DNA of 64,000 nt from Candidatus Hodarchaeota archaeon (GCA_029856365.1 JAHQWW010000001.1:81548-145547); one strand, 5' to 3'. Shown: positions 9,462 to 20,493, counted from the stretch's first letter. Notes: generated from the letters alone by a model not told the origin. Numbers and translations are program-made.

Positions 9462-10748
9462 ATGAAATTCCAACTCAAGAAGATATTATTAATACTTATT
9501 CTGCTTTTCTGCTCTGCATCAACTAACTCTCTCTTTATCCTCTCTAATCGAGGAATAGCTAGTAGTAACCAGTCAATTCAAAGAATTGCTTTAATCTTGG
9601 ATTCTTCTGAGTTTTATGATTCTTATTTTATCAATGATGTCTTAAATGGATTTGATCTAGTTAACCAAACCTACAATATTGATTATGACGTATACCAACT
9701 TACAAACTATACCTCACCATCAACATCTGGAGATGAGACAATAAATCGGTATCCGTATCGTGCAACCTATTACTACAATAACAGTGCTACTAATCATACC
9801 GAGTTGGCAAACGAGCTTGTGGGAACAGCCCAATATGATCTAATTGTTTTTATAGGTTATGAGCTAAGACGGGAGAAAAAGGAGAATTACCTCCCAGTTC
9901 GTTATCCTGATACAAAATTCCTTTATTATGATTTGTCTGGTGATCTTCCTTCTCATCCAGGAGACAAACTAGGAACTAATGTTGCAGTTGTAAGTTTCAA
10001 TGAAAGTCATGTTGGGTTCATAGCGGGAACTCTGGCAGCAGCAATGTCTCCTCTACCACAAAAAATTGCTATGATCGGTACCTATCGAAATAGTGTAGGA
10101 ATAGAATTGGATGATCCAGATGATCCTAAAAGTTTACCACCAGACCCTCGCTCGTGGCAACTTATCACAGGGTTCCAAAGTGGTTTTTTACGTAAATCTG
10201 CTGATGTGGAGTTTTATATCTCCTTTATAGATTATTACTGGAAAAATTGGTCTAGTTATACCAAAGCAAGAGGATTGGTTGAAGAGCTAGATGACCAAGG
10301 ATATGAATTGGTTTTCGCAGCATTACAAAATAACAATACTTTAGGAGTAATTGATGGATTTACAGGATCAGTTGTTGCTGTGGATTCTGATCGAATTATC
10401 ACTGATGAATTGGAACCATTAAAAGTTGTGAAAAATAATACTAAAACAATATTGACCATATTCGAAGCATTTAATCAGAGTCAGAATGGATTTCTTTCAG
10501 GAGAATTCACTTTTGGGCTAGCAGATAACATATTTTATCCAAGTGGTTGGGAAAGGAATGATTTTGATAGTGAAGACATTAATAAAATTATGGGAGAAAT
10601 TTACACTGATGTGGTAATAAGTAAAGTTAAAATTCCTACAAGTATCAAACATGCAGAGAACACCCCCAGTTTCGAAATATTGACTATTTCTGGGTTAATA
10701 TTATACTTATCAGCAACTAGATATAATCGTAAGAAGAGAAAAAGGTGA
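9462..10748 (+). CDS. Extracellular BMP-family (PnrA-like) substrate-binding protein with C-terminal membrane anchor
   Basis: Signal peptide. BMP-like segments (YDLIVFIGYE, RYPDTKFLYYD, VAVVSFNESHVGFIAGTLAAAMS). Many N-x-S/T sequons. C-terminal TM plus RYNRKKRKR. Confidence 0.6.
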   Translation: MKFQLKKILLILILLFCSASTNSLFILSNRGIASSNQSIQRIALILDSSEFYDSYFINDVLNGFDLVNQTYNIDYDVYQLTNYTSPSTSGDETINRYPYRATYYYNNSATNHTELANELVGTAQYDLIVFIGYELRREKKENYLPVRYPDTKFLYYDLSGDLPSHPGDKLGTNVAVVSFNESHVGFIAGTLAAAMSPLPQKIAMIGTYRNSVGIELDDPDDPKSLPPDPRSWQLITGFQSGFLRKSADVEFYISFIDYYWKNWSSYTKARGLVEELDDQGYELVFAALQNNNTLGVIDGFTGSVVAVDSDRIITDELEPLKVVKNNTKTILTIFEAFNQSQNGFLSGEFTFGLADNIFYPSGWERNDFDSEDINKIMGEIYTDVVISKVKIPTSIKHAENTPSFEILTISGLILYLSATRYNRKKRKR

Positions 10749-10757
10749 ATAATTAGT

Positions 10758-11582
10758 TTGGATATTGAACCCTCTTCTAATGATGGTAATAACAGCATTG
10801 CTGTCATTGGAGGGTCGGGTTTCTATGATTTTTTAGAAGAACCATCAAAAATCTCCGTTACAACCCCTTTTGATTCTAAACCAGTGGTTATTTATCGTCA
10901 AGATCATAAAGGAAAGTTACTATATTTTTTACCTCGTCATGGGAGAAATCATTCCATTCCTCCTCATAAAATTAATTTTAAGGCAAATATTTTTGCGATA
11001 CACTCACTATCGGTTCCTCGAGTTATTGCAACAAGTGCTGTTGGTAGCTTACATACCTTGATAAAACCTGGAGATTATGTACTCCTCGATCAATTTATTG
11101 ACTTAGTTAGGCCAATAACTTTTTTTGATGGAGATTTCAGTGTAGAATTGACGCAAGGAACCAAAATTTCTGGAGTTGTCCACCTGGATATGACTGAGCC
11201 GTACTGCCCCGAGATACGCAAAATTCTTTCAGTTATTCTCAAAGATGATCGAAGTACACATATCAAAGGAACTTATATGACAGCAATGGGCCCTCGTTTC
11301 GAAACGCCAGCAGAAATTAAAGCATTTCAGCATATGGGTGCTGATGTCGTTGGCATGACTAATTCTTCAGAAGCAATACTCTGTCGGGAACTTGGTATCT
11401 GTTATGCTGTTATAGCAGTAGTTACAAATATGGCAGCAGGCCTTCAAAAAGAAGTGAGTCACAAGGAAGTTATAGATATTTTCAAATCCCGCTCTGCTAA
11501 TCTTAAACAAATTTTTCATAAGACTATAGCACAATTACCAAAATACAGGGGTTGTTCTTGCGCCTGGTACGTCAAAAGATAG
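10758..11582 (+). CDS. mtnP: S-methyl-5'-thioadenosine phosphorylase
   Basis: IAVIGGSGFYDF, LPRHGRNHSIPPHKINFKANI, GPRFETPAEI and GADVVGMTNSSEA. TTG start after GGTGA. Confidence 0.9.
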   Translation: MDIEPSSNDGNNSIAVIGGSGFYDFLEEPSKISVTTPFDSKPVVIYRQDHKGKLLYFLPRHGRNHSIPPHKINFKANIFAIHSLSVPRVIATSAVGSLHTLIKPGDYVLLDQFIDLVRPITFFDGDFSVELTQGTKISGVVHLDMTEPYCPEIRKILSVILKDDRSTHIKGTYMTAMGPRFETPAEIKAFQHMGADVVGMTNSSEAILCRELGICYAVIAVVTNMAAGLQKEVSHKEVIDIFKSRSANLKQIFHKTIAQLPKYRGCSCAWYVKR

Positions 11583-11595
11583 CATAAACTTTTTA

Positions 11596-11632
11596 GATCT
11601 TGATGTGGAAGTCATAAGATCGAAAAATTTTT
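11596..11632 (+). terminator. Hairpin plus T5 tract downstream of mtnP
   Basis: GATCTT(g)ATG-tggaagt-CATAAGATC stem with a one-nt bulge, then gaaaaaTTTTT. Archaeal termination needs only oligo-T, so the hairpin's role is uncertain. Confidence 0.3.
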
Positions 11633-11761
11633 CTCCAGTTATATTACTAATAGAAAACAACAACTTAAAATTCACAGATTAATTCTAAAAAATGACGCTT
11701 TCTTTTAAAGGAATCTGTTAAATCAATTTCTCAAGAGAAAGAACAATGAAGGAATGTAACT

Positions 11762-12925
11762 ATGGTTAGTACACGGCATTTATTCACCTCAGAATCAGTT
11801 ACTGAAGGCCATCCTGATAAAATGGCTGATCAGATATCAGATGCAATCCTAGATGCAATTTTGACAGAAGATCCTGATGCCCATGTGGCTTGTGAGACGT
11901 ATTTGACTACAGGAATGGCTTTGATCGGTGGAGAGTTCTCAACGACGGCATACGTTGATATTCAAAATGTTGTCAGAGAAAAAATCAGAGACATTGGATA
12001 TACTGACTCAAAAATGGGTTTTGATCACAATTCTGTTGCAGTTTTAAATGCTATCCATGAACAAAGCTCGGATATAGCACAGGGTGTCGAAAGACCTCAA
12101 CCAGAAGATCAAGGAGCAGGGGATCAAGGTATGATGTTTGGATACGCTTGTAGAGAAACTGATTCATATATGCCCCTTCCAATTGTGCTGGCTCATGGCC
12201 TCACAAAACAACTAGCTAATGCACGAAAGAAGGGGGAAATTTCTTGGTTACGGCCTGATGGTAAGTCTCAAGTTACAGTAGATTATAGCAATGGCAAACC
12301 TTCTAGTGTGACCACCGTTGTAATTGCCGCTCAACATACTGAAGAAGTCACCCATGACGAAATCAAGGAAGAAATCATGACCAAAGTAATTAAAAAGGTA
12401 ATTCCTCCAAAATACTTGACTGACGATACTGAATACTTTATTAATGAAACAGGACGTTTTGTTATTGGGGGCCCTCATGGTGATACCGGATTGACTGGAC
12501 GTAAGATCATTGTGGACACATACGGAGGTGTTGGTTCGCATGGTGGTGGTTGTTTCTCTGGGAAAGACCCCTCGAAAGTAGACCGTTCGTGTTCTTATGT
12601 TGCCCGCTGGGCAGCTAAAAATGTGGTAGCAGCTGGGTTAGCTGATGAATGTGAAATTCAGATTGCTTATGCTATCGGTGTGGCGAAACCTCTATGTATC
12701 AACTTAGATACAAAGGGAACGAATAAAATTCCTGAAATAGATATTTTACATTTGATCAAGAAGCATTTTGATTTTCGACCTGGAATGGTGATAAACAATC
12801 TAAAGCTCAAACGGCCTATTTACACTAAAACAGCTGCTTATGGTCACTTTGGTCGTGATGATCCCGATTTTACCTGGGAACAGACAGATGTAGCTCAGAT
12901 TTTGCGTGAAGACGCAGGATTGTGA
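11762..12925 (+). CDS. metK: S-adenosylmethionine synthetase, bacterial/eukaryotic MetK type
   Basis: [58 protein letters not shown] and [16 protein letters not shown]. Confidence 0.95.
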   Translation: MVSTRHLFTSESVTEGHPDKMADQISDAILDAILTEDPDAHVACETYLTTGMALIGGEFSTTAYVDIQNVVREKIRDIGYTDSKMGFDHNSVAVLNAIHEQSSDIAQGVERPQPEDQGAGDQGMMFGYACRETDSYMPLPIVLAHGLTKQLANARKKGEISWLRPDGKSQVTVDYSNGKPSSVTTVVIAAQHTEEVTHDEIKEEIMTKVIKKVIPPKYLTDDTEYFINETGRFVIGGPHGDTGLTGRKIIVDTYGGVGSHGGGCFSGKDPSKVDRSCSYVARWAAKNVVAAGLADECEIQIAYAIGVAKPLCINLDTKGTNKIPEIDILHLIKKHFDFRPGMVINNLKLKRPIYTKTAAYGHFGRDDPDFTWEQTDVAQILREDAGL

Positions 12926-13301
12926 TTGTTACCAAAAATAATCCTCTTTTCAATAGAACTCTGGGTTATCAATTCCCATCCCAATTTGATCTAGTTTTAT
13001 GATATTTTGAGTAATATTTTATGTGAATCTTCAATCATAGAAGATTAAGAGGATTATCAATCCTATTTACGAATTCATTTGCAAAATGTTTTTTATAGAA
13101 AACAAAATAATTTGTTTAATGAGTACTAAACTCACATTATTTGGGATAATTCATTTTCTTAACCTTTTGATTTTTTGGTACATAAATCCTTCAGATATGA
13201 AAAATCATGAATAATTAGAATGATTAAATAATACAGATTGAAGAATGACTAATTTCTTGAAAATAAAGATATAAACATGAGAAAACGAAGAATAACCAAT
13301 T

Positions 13302-13505
13302 ATGGTGATATTAATGTCGGAAATGTTAAAATGTCAAGTGTGTGATTATACAGAACCAATACCCATACACTGTAATCAACCAATGCATGTAGAATCAGTT
13401 GAGGGTGTAGAAAAATTAGTTTGTTGGATGGGTCCAGATTGCGGAGTGAAGGTACTCCCTTCCCACCATGAAAAAACAATGAAAATTATATCAATAGATG
13501 AATAA
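13302..13505 (+). CDS. Small Cys/His-rich protein, paralogue of the CopA N-terminal extension (candidate metal-binding protein)
   Basis: [50 protein letters not shown] aligns residue-for-residue with CopA residues 4-53. The start could be ATG 13302, 13314 or 13323. Confidence 0.65.
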   Translation: MVILMSEMLKCQVCDYTEPIPIHCNQPMHVESVEGVEKLVCWMGPDCGVKVLPSHHEKTMKIISIDE

Positions 13506-13522
13506 AAATTAGGTAATTTTCA

Positions 13523-16369
13523 ATGCCAGAATTGTTGAAATGTCAAGAATGTGATTTCACAGAAGCAGTACCAATACACTGCAAACAACCGATGCATGTG
13601 GAATCAGTTGAGGGTGAGGAACTATTAGTCTGCTGGATGGGCCCTTCTTGTGGGGTACAAAAGATTCCAACTCATCATGAGAAACCAATGCTAATGGTAG
13701 ATGATTCAGGATTACCAGAGCAGGAAAGTGTTGTTCAGGAATCTGACTTACTTCATCTTACAACAGACCCTCATGGGGAAGAGAATCTTTTGACGACTCC
13801 AATACCACCCTCTAAAGAATCTCAGGTGGCAAATCTAGGAATTACAGGTATGACTTGTGCTTCCTGTGTATCCACAGTTGAAAAAGGATTAAGCAAAGCT
13901 GAAGGAGTTTTGAACGCTTCGGTCAATTTAATAACAGAGAAAGCTGCCGTTCAATACGATCCTACAATTACTAACATTGATAAATTAATTCAAGCTGTGA
14001 AAAGTGTTGGATATGGAGCCAAAGATATATCTTCTCCTCCAATAAGTGGATTAAAGACCATTGATCTAGATATTACAGGAATGACTTGCGCAAGCTGTGT
14101 TAATACTGTTGAATCCGCCTTAAACAAGCAAAGTGGTATAGCAGAAGTTGTCGTCAACCTAGCGACAGAAAAAGCTCGTATTACGTTTGATACTAAATCT
14201 ATTACAGCAAATAAAATAATTGATACCATAAAAAGTGTTGGTTATGGTGCTAAGAAGATATCTTCATATCGAATCACCTCTGAAGATAGAGAGAGTCTTG
14301 AACGAGCTCGAGAGTTACGAATTCTACAATTAAGGTTATTAACTGCAATTTTTTTTAGTATACCAATTTTAATTTTTAGTATGGGTCCAATGATCGGATT
14401 ATCAATTGACCTCCCCATCCCTGATAAAATTATACTTGGAATCAATAATAATACCTTGATAGTCCTGTTTCTAACTATTCCAGTTATGTTTGTCTCAGGT
14501 TGGCAGTTTCATTATGGAGCTCTGAAGGTTCTTCGTCGTGGACAATTTAATATGGACGTTCTTGTGTTTTTAGGAACAAATGCTGCTTTTTGGTATTCTA
14601 TGATAAATATGCTTATTCTTGGCGGTGAAGAAATATTTTTTGAGACTGCAGCGCTATTAATTGCTTTTCTCCTCTTAGGAAAATATCTAGAAGCAAGAGC
14701 TAAAGGACAAACGTCAAAAGCGATTCGTAAACTTATTGATTTACAAGCAAAGGAAGCAAGTATTATTCGTAATGGTGAAGAAGAAAGTATTCCAATTGAG
14801 GAAGTAATTGTCGGAGATTTGCTTCTAGTTCGTCCTGGAGAGAAAATTCCTACAGATGGAATAATTCTTGAGGGTTCTTCCAGTGTTGATGAATCAATGA
14901 TCACTGGGGAGTCTATGCCAGTTAAAAAAACAATTAACAACAATGTTATTGGAGCAACGTTGAATAAAACTGGATTACTTAAAATAAAAGCCACAAAAGT
15001 GGGTTCTGAGACCGCCCTAGCCCAAATTATTAAATTAGTAGAGGATGCCCAAGCCTCTAGAGCTCCAATTCAAAGACTTGCTGACGTTGTCGCAGGTCGT
15101 TTTGTTCCAGTAGTCATATTGGTTTCATTGATCACATTCATCTTTTGGTATGGTGGTGTCTCAATTAATATCCTACCAACTTCTTTATGGGGACAACAGC
15201 TTACCCATTTTATCTTTCCTTTTAAGCTCATGATAGCAGTATTAGTAATTGCTTGTCCATGTGCTTTAGGATTAGCTACACCAACTGCTATTATGGTTGG
15301 GACAGGAAAGGGCGCGGAACAAGGAATTCTTATTAAAAACGCAGAAGCTCTAGAAGGAGCTCATAAAATCAATACCATAATTTTCGATAAGACTGGTACA
15401 TTAACTAAAGGGAAACCAAAAGTAACAGATATTGTTGTCATAACAGATAACAGAGAAGAAGATGAAGTTTTGAGATTAGTCGCTTCAGTAGAAAAAGGTT
15501 CAGAGCATCCTCTTGCACAAGCGATCATTGAATCAGCAGAAGACAAAGAAATTGAATTATATGAACCAAAAGACTTCGAGGCAATTCCTGGTCATGGGAT
15601 TCGGGCCAGAATTAATGGTGACATTATTACAGTGGGTAATCGACGATTATTTGAAAAACACGGAATTCCAATAAATGATATAGAAAATAACATTAAAGCA
15701 CTAGAGGAACAAGCAAAAACAGTAGTTATCTCCGCAATAAATCAGAGACTACTTGGAATATTAGCTATTGCTGATCCCCTTAAAGAAACCAGTAAAAATG
15801 TAATTGAACAACTAAAACGAATGGATATAGAAATTTACCTTGTTACAGGTGATAACGAACGTACTGCAACAGCAATTGCGTCTCAAGTAGGCATCACTAA
15901 TATCATGGCTGAAGTTTTACCTGAAAATAAAGCAGATATTGTCCAAAAATTACAAGAAGAAGGAAAAATTGTAGGTATGGTTGGAGACGGAATAAATGAT
16001 GCTCCAGCTTTAGCCCAGGCTGATATTGGTATTGCTATCGGAAGTGGAACAGATATTGCAATAGAAACAGGTGATATTGTACTCATTAAAGAGGATTTAA
16101 GAGATGTCGTTGCTAGTATCCAGCTAAGCCGGAAAACTATTTCAAAAATAAAACAAAACCTTTTCTGGGCATTTTTCTATAATATGATCAGTATTCCTAT
16201 CGCAGCTGGGATTTTATTCATTCCATTCGGTATAACACTCGTTCCAGAGATTGCTGCCGCAGCCATGGCGTTTAGTTCGGTGTCTGTAGTGACGAATAGC
16301 TTATTGTTAAGGTTTTACACTCCAGAGATCAAACGAAAAACACAAGGTTCGGTCAATCAAGGATTTTAA
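13523..16369 (+). CDS. copA: Copper-translocating P1B-type ATPase
   Basis: Two HMA domains (GMTCASCV twice), TM CPC motif, DKTGTLT phosphorylation site, GDGINDAP. An extra ~55-aa Cys/His N-terminal domain is present. Confidence 0.95.
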   Translation: MPELLKCQECDFTEAVPIHCKQPMHVESVEGEELLVCWMGPSCGVQKIPTHHEKPMLMVDDSGLPEQESVVQESDLLHLTTDPHGEENLLTTPIPPSKESQVANLGITGMTCASCVSTVEKGLSKAEGVLNASVNLITEKAAVQYDPTITNIDKLIQAVKSVGYGAKDISSPPISGLKTIDLDITGMTCASCVNTVESALNKQSGIAEVVVNLATEKARITFDTKSITANKIIDTIKSVGYGAKKISSYRITSEDRESLERARELRILQLRLLTAIFFSIPILIFSMGPMIGLSIDLPIPDKIILGINNNTLIVLFLTIPVMFVSGWQFHYGALKVLRRGQFNMDVLVFLGTNAAFWYSMINMLILGGEEIFFETAALLIAFLLLGKYLEARAKGQTSKAIRKLIDLQAKEASIIRNGEEESIPIEEVIVGDLLLVRPGEKIPTDGIILEGSSSVDESMITGESMPVKKTINNNVIGATLNKTGLLKIKATKVGSETALAQIIKLVEDAQASRAPIQRLADVVAGRFVPVVILVSLITFIFWYGGVSINILPTSLWGQQLTHFIFPFKLMIAVLVIACPCALGLATPTAIMVGTGKGAEQGILIKNAEALEGAHKINTIIFDKTGTLTKGKPKVTDIVVITDNREEDEVLRLVASVEKGSEHPLAQAIIESAEDKEIELYEPKDFEAIPGHGIRARINGDIITVGNRRLFEKHGIPINDIENNIKALEEQAKTVVISAINQRLLGILAIADPLKETSKNVIEQLKRMDIEIYLVTGDNERTATAIASQVGITNIMAEVLPENKADIVQKLQEEGKIVGMVGDGINDAPALAQADIGIAIGSGTDIAIETGDIVLIKEDLRDVVASIQLSRKTISKIKQNLFWAFFYNMISIPIAAGILFIPFGITLVPEIAAAAMAFSSVSVVTNSLLLRFYTPEIKRKTQGSVNQGF

Positions 16370-16381
16370 TAGATTTCATAG

Positions 16382-16412
16382 CCTGTACTATACAGGAGGG
16401 AAAATCATTTTT
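16382..16412 (+). terminator. Hairpin plus T5 tract downstream of copA
   Basis: CCTGTA-cta-TACAGG lies 13 nt after the copA stop, followed by ...TCATTTTT. Confidence 0.3.
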
Positions 16413-16560
16413 CGCATTCCGGGAAATAAACGATAGAATTATAAATTCCAAGGCTATTGAAATCACTTGATCAGAAAATTATTCTCCCTTAAATTTCCTC
16501 TAAAATAACTAGTCAGCACTTTTTAAGATGGTTTTCTGACTTGCAGGAATGGACTAAACT

Positions 16561-17565
16561 ATGTATGAAGCTGATCCGATCCAAAGTTTAGCCAATGTAG
16601 ATTATTCTAGGGCTGAAACCTTTGGGGAAAGAGCTTGCTCACTTTCTCGACTAATATCTAAAGGTTACAACGTTCCTAACGGGGTAGTGGTGAGTACCAA
16701 GGTGTTTAAGCGTTTCTTAAATCTACTTCCTGGGGCGAAGAGAATAGATCAGTTAATAAGCGAAGTAACCCCAGCTAATTTGGAAGAAACTGCTCGGGAA
16801 ATTCAAGAAATCATTATGTATTCCCCCGTTCCTATGTCAATGGCCAACCCAATTGCAGAAGAAATCTATAAACTATTAAACGAAATAAAATCTGATTCTG
16901 TTGTGATCAGAACATCAGCACATGTTGAGGATTCCTCTAGGCATGTATGTTTTGGTCGTGGGGTTTACTTTCATTTAAAAGAAATTAGAGACATTATACA
17001 AGTGATGAAAAATTGCTGGGCTTCAGCATTCACAGTTGATGTTCTAAACGATTTGATACAGGCAGGGCTCCCTCCTGATAATGTGAATATAGCAATAATC
17101 GTTGAAGAGATGGTTTCAGCTAAAGTTAGCGGCATAATGTCTATAAAAAATGATATAAAAGATGTTCACATTCGGGCTAATTGGGGGACGTTAGTCCATG
17201 AAGGGGAGAATGGAGTCTGTTGTGATCACGTTATTGTAGATGAAGAGAAAATTGGTGAACCTGTTGAGACTTTCACTTCTTACAAGGAAAGGATTTCTAA
17301 TATTCCCCCCAATAATCGCTATGCTGTAATAATTGAAAACAAACCAGAACAAAAGAGAGAGTTGTCGTTAAAACAACAAGATATTACAACTCTCGTGCAA
17401 TTAGCAAAGAAGATGCGCCGTGATTTTGAGGTAGATTATGATATTGAGTTTGTTTTTGATCATGATGGCTCATTATGGTTACTCGATGCCATTCCACGGG
17501 CAGCTCATCGTAATTTCTATCGTATAGGCACCTCCGTTGTATCGCGTGAATCATCTAGGCGATAG
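16561..17565 (+). CDS. Stand-alone PEP/pyruvate-binding (PPDK N-terminal, ATP-grasp) domain protein
   Basis: FGERACSLSRLISKGYNVPNGVVVSTKVFKRF and VVIRTSAHVEDS resemble the N-terminal nucleotide-binding domain of PEP synthase/PPDK. No phosphohistidine or PEP-utilising domains follow. Confidence 0.6.
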   Translation: MYEADPIQSLANVDYSRAETFGERACSLSRLISKGYNVPNGVVVSTKVFKRFLNLLPGAKRIDQLISEVTPANLEETAREIQEIIMYSPVPMSMANPIAEEIYKLLNEIKSDSVVIRTSAHVEDSSRHVCFGRGVYFHLKEIRDIIQVMKNCWASAFTVDVLNDLIQAGLPPDNVNIAIIVEEMVSAKVSGIMSIKNDIKDVHIRANWGTLVHEGENGVCCDHVIVDEEKIGEPVETFTSYKERISNIPPNNRYAVIIENKPEQKRELSLKQQDITTLVQLAKKMRRDFEVDYDIEFVFDHDGSLWLLDAIPRAAHRNFYRIGTSVVSRESSRR

Positions 17566-17700
17566 AGATTATTCACTATTTTTAGAATTTGTCACTCAAT
17601 TTGAAAAGAATCATGCAGCACTTTTTATCAGATTATCTGGAATCTGTTCTACTAAAGTGTTCCAATTTGGGAAGAATGGATTGGAGAAATTTTGGAGTAA

Positions 17701-19044
17701 TCAACTACCAAATAATGCTAGTTCTAAAGCTTCCTTGACAGGTGTTCGTAATTGATAAAACACTTCCCGTCCAGTTTTTGAATAAGTAACAATTTTTTCT
17801 TTTACTAGAGTTTGACATTGATAGGTGAGAGAGGATTCTTTGATACCAGTTCGTTCTTGAAGTTCTGAACGTTTGATAATATTATTTTGTTGTGCTATAA
17901 GGAGTAATTCTTCAAGTAATGGTTTCCAAGATAATGTAACACCTTTTAATTGCTTGAGAGATTGCATCAATGGAGAATTCCTGTTTTCAAGTACAGATTG
18001 AAGAACTGGCCATACTTTATTACTAATTTCATGGTCGGTTTGATGCAATGAGTGGAAATCATGTTTGTATATAATTTTTAGTGCTGGACTAAATCCTAAA
18101 TATTGTGCAATACTGTGAATAAGTTCTGGGGTGACTTTTTGCCATGTTTCCTGATTTTCTAAGTTTGAAATTAAGTTCCTAACAAGCCATAGTGCTAATC
18201 CTGGTAATCCTAAGGAAAGCTCTCCAATTGCTTTCAATACTTCAGATGGTAATAGACTTGGTTTTCCTATGGATTCAGCTCTTCGTTTGATAATGTTTTC
18301 AATTTCAAGAGCAGAGGGCCGTTTAAAATGGAATTCAAATGGTTCTGTCTCAAAAATCTTAATTCTAGAGGTTTTTTGAGAAAGTCGTAGCCATTGATGT
18401 TCTATACAATTTAGAATAGTCACAATTAATATTTTATCATGGCTTGAGCGATTGATAAGATCTTCATAAGATTGACGTGTAAAATAGCTCCAAATTGGAT
18501 ATATGTTGTCGAAAAAAAAGATTTTAGTTGAATTAAAGTCAGCTTCTTCCCACCAACTCCAGAAATTGGAATCATAAGCTCTATATTGTGTATAATCTTT
18601 CCCCCTATGTTGATTAAGTTCTGTAGCTATTTGTCGAACTGTTGTAGTTTTTCCACTCCGTTGAGGCCCGACTATTATAATTTGTGGGCATATTTCTTCT
18701 TCTAAAGAAGAAGCTTTCAGGATTTGGCCTAGCCTTTCACTTAATCTTAGCCCCTCTTTCGTGAAAACGAACGAATCTGGAGACTTTAAAACGAAGTTGT
18801 CTTTGAAAGCGTTGGCTATAGAGCGTGTTTCTTTGAAATGCTGCTTCCAGTCTTTTGCTTGCGATTCACCTTTTTTAAAGGCGTCATAAATGGAAGGCAG
18901 GATTATATTTCTCCTTAAGTATGGCGATTTGTGAAATTTAAGTTCTTTGAGACAATAGTTGGAAAGAGAGCTTACATTAATCATGATACTTGAATCTTTT
19001 AAAATATTTGAAATTTGAAATATCCGACAATATTCCATATCCAC
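17701..19044 (-). CDS. P-loop ATPase (Arch_ATPase/AAA-like) with C-terminal winged-helix DNA-binding domain
   Basis: Walker A IIIVGPQRSGKTT and Walker B-like IFFFDN. C-terminal wHTH-like IIKRSELQERTGIKESSLTYQCQTLVKEKIV. GTG start (ATG two codons later). Confidence 0.6.
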   Translation of the reverse strand: MDMEYCRIFQISNILKDSSIMINVSSLSNYCLKELKFHKSPYLRRNIILPSIYDAFKKGESQAKDWKQHFKETRSIANAFKDNFVLKSPDSFVFTKEGLRLSERLGQILKASSLEEEICPQIIIVGPQRSGKTTTVRQIATELNQHRGKDYTQYRAYDSNFWSWWEEADFNSTKIFFFDNIYPIWSYFTRQSYEDLINRSSHDKILIVTILNCIEHQWLRLSQKTSRIKIFETEPFEFHFKRPSALEIENIIKRRAESIGKPSLLPSEVLKAIGELSLGLPGLALWLVRNLISNLENQETWQKVTPELIHSIAQYLGFSPALKIIYKHDFHSLHQTDHEISNKVWPVLQSVLENRNSPLMQSLKQLKGVTLSWKPLLEELLLIAQQNNIIKRSELQERTGIKESSLTYQCQTLVKEKIVTYSKTGREVFYQLRTPVKEALELALFGS

Positions 19045-19320
19045 ATAATATGCCTTAACAATAAGAAAACTGGTGCGTTATCATGGGATTTAACTAGTAA
19101 GAATCATTCTAAAAATCAAAAATGATTTCATACAGCTAATAGGAAGTTTAATTTACTCTTTTTTCTATTTTTAAAGAGGTATGATAATGTAAGGATCCTT
19201 TAGGAGTTACAGAGGAGGATAAATCGAAAATGATCGAAAATATAATCCTGAGGGATAAATTCTTTTAGATCGCTAGTTCTTTTGTGATGATTGCATTTAA
19301 TCACCTTGGAATATTGTACA

Positions 19321-20493
19321 ATGCATGACTCAAATCTTTCATTCTGGTTTCGGTGTTATTATCATATATTGGCTGTAATGAACGCTTTGGGCTCCTTAAA
19401 GTGGCTTCTTCCATTTCTATTCTTGCTCCATTTTCTCATAGGAGCTTTTATTCCTCCGTTAGTGACTACAGATTTCCAAAGAAATCTCTTTTATGGGAAA
19501 GCCTTCTGGGAATATGGTTTTAGTGTTTATGACATGACCCCATTAGAGATAGATAATCTGTACGACGTTCGTGATCCTCTCACAGGGGAATATTCTTATC
19601 CCAATACCACTTATGATTATCCTACATTACAGTTGCTTTTCTGGGCAGGATTATCTCCTCTCCCCTTTTCGTCGATAATATCAAAGTGGATTTTATCATG
19701 TATTGATATCTTGAATTTCTTCCTAATTTATTCTTTAATATGGCGTCGACAAAATGAAGAAACAAAGCGGCCGTTTTTTGAAAATGGTTTTGCTCTTTCT
19801 TACCTATTTTTCTCTATCCCATTCTCAGCTATTGAGGGACAATCAACTGCAATAACTATTTTATTTCTCTTACTCCCTCTAAGTTTACATAGTCAGAGTC
19901 AAATTTGTGGGTACTTAAGCATTGGCTTTGGATTTCATTGGAAATATGTATCAGTCCTCGTTCTTCCTTATCTCCTGATATTAGATCGAGGTGTAATTAA
20001 AAAGGCATTATTGGGGCTGTCAACCGTAGTAATTAGCATAATATTACTTTCATTTCCAATTCTCTTTTCTAACTTCATATTACGTTTTTTCAGTTCTTTC
20101 GGTAATCTAGGGACGTACTCCGGTCAACTCCCTTCAAATCCTCTTTTTATATTTTATCCAAGTATTTCATCATTACTCTCGTCAGGAGTCCTGATTCTTG
20201 CATTCTTGTATTGGATAGGTATTTTTCCAAGAGACAGGTCTATTAAAATAAGTGTTGATGGGGTTGCTGAGCGTATATATTGGCTACCATTACTATTATT
20301 TCTTGGATTTTTGAAAATCTATATCACAGCGTTTCCTTGGTACTGGCTCTGGTTTTTTCCCTGTTTAGCTATCCTCCCACAGGCGGATCGGCGTTTATTC
20401 ACTACTCTACTGGGATCCACGATCGCCATCGGGCTGATTGATTTCATTCAGATGACAGTGGGGCTATCAACTTTTATAGGATTCTTTTCTTAA
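19321..20493 (+). CDS. Polytopic integral membrane protein (possible GT-C-type glycosyltransferase)
   Basis: About 10 hydrophobic segments with an aromatic-rich loop after TM1. Family assignment is only by general resemblance. An alternative TTG start lies at 19291. Confidence 0.4.
   Translation: MHDSNLSFWFRCYYHILAVMNALGSLKWLLPFLFLLHFLIGAFIPPLVTTDFQRNLFYGKAFWEYGFSVYDMTPLEIDNLYDVRDPLTGEYSYPNTTYDYPTLQLLFWAGLSPLPFSSIISKWILSCIDILNFFLIYSLIWRRQNEETKRPFFENGFALSYLFFSIPFSAIEGQSTAITILFLLLPLSLHSQSQICGYLSIGFGFHWKYVSVLVLPYLLILDRGVIKKALLGLSTVVISIILLSFPILFSNFILRFFSSFGNLGTYSGQLPSNPLFIFYPSISSLLSSGVLILAFLYWIGIFPRDRSIKISVDGVAERIYWLPLLLFLGFLKIYITAFPWYWLWFFPCLAILPQADRRLFTTLLGSTIAIGLIDFIQMTVGLSTFIGFFS

Noticed and set aside
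10746-10760. An in-frame TGA lies between the BMP-like gene and mtnP
   Set aside because: mtnP has its own GGTGA box and a TTG start just before the conserved IGGSG N-terminus. The two products, one extracellular and anchored and one cytosolic, would not plausibly be fused.
11583-11761. Looked for a SAM riboswitch or leader upstream of metK
   Set aside because: I saw only a short imperfect hairpin plus a T-tract, with no multi-helix junction recognisable by eye. A covariance-model scan would be needed to exclude one formally.
13990-16086. Five antisense ORFs (61-160 aa) inside copA
   Set aside because: They lie entirely within a confidently identified P-type ATPase gene on the opposite strand. 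Their composition is low-complexity and Ser/Ile/Pro-rich, typical of shadow ORFs.
17537-17755. 72-aa plus-strand ORF between the convergent PPDK_N and ATPase genes
   Set aside because: It overlaps the 3' ends of both flanking genes. It has no RBS or motif.
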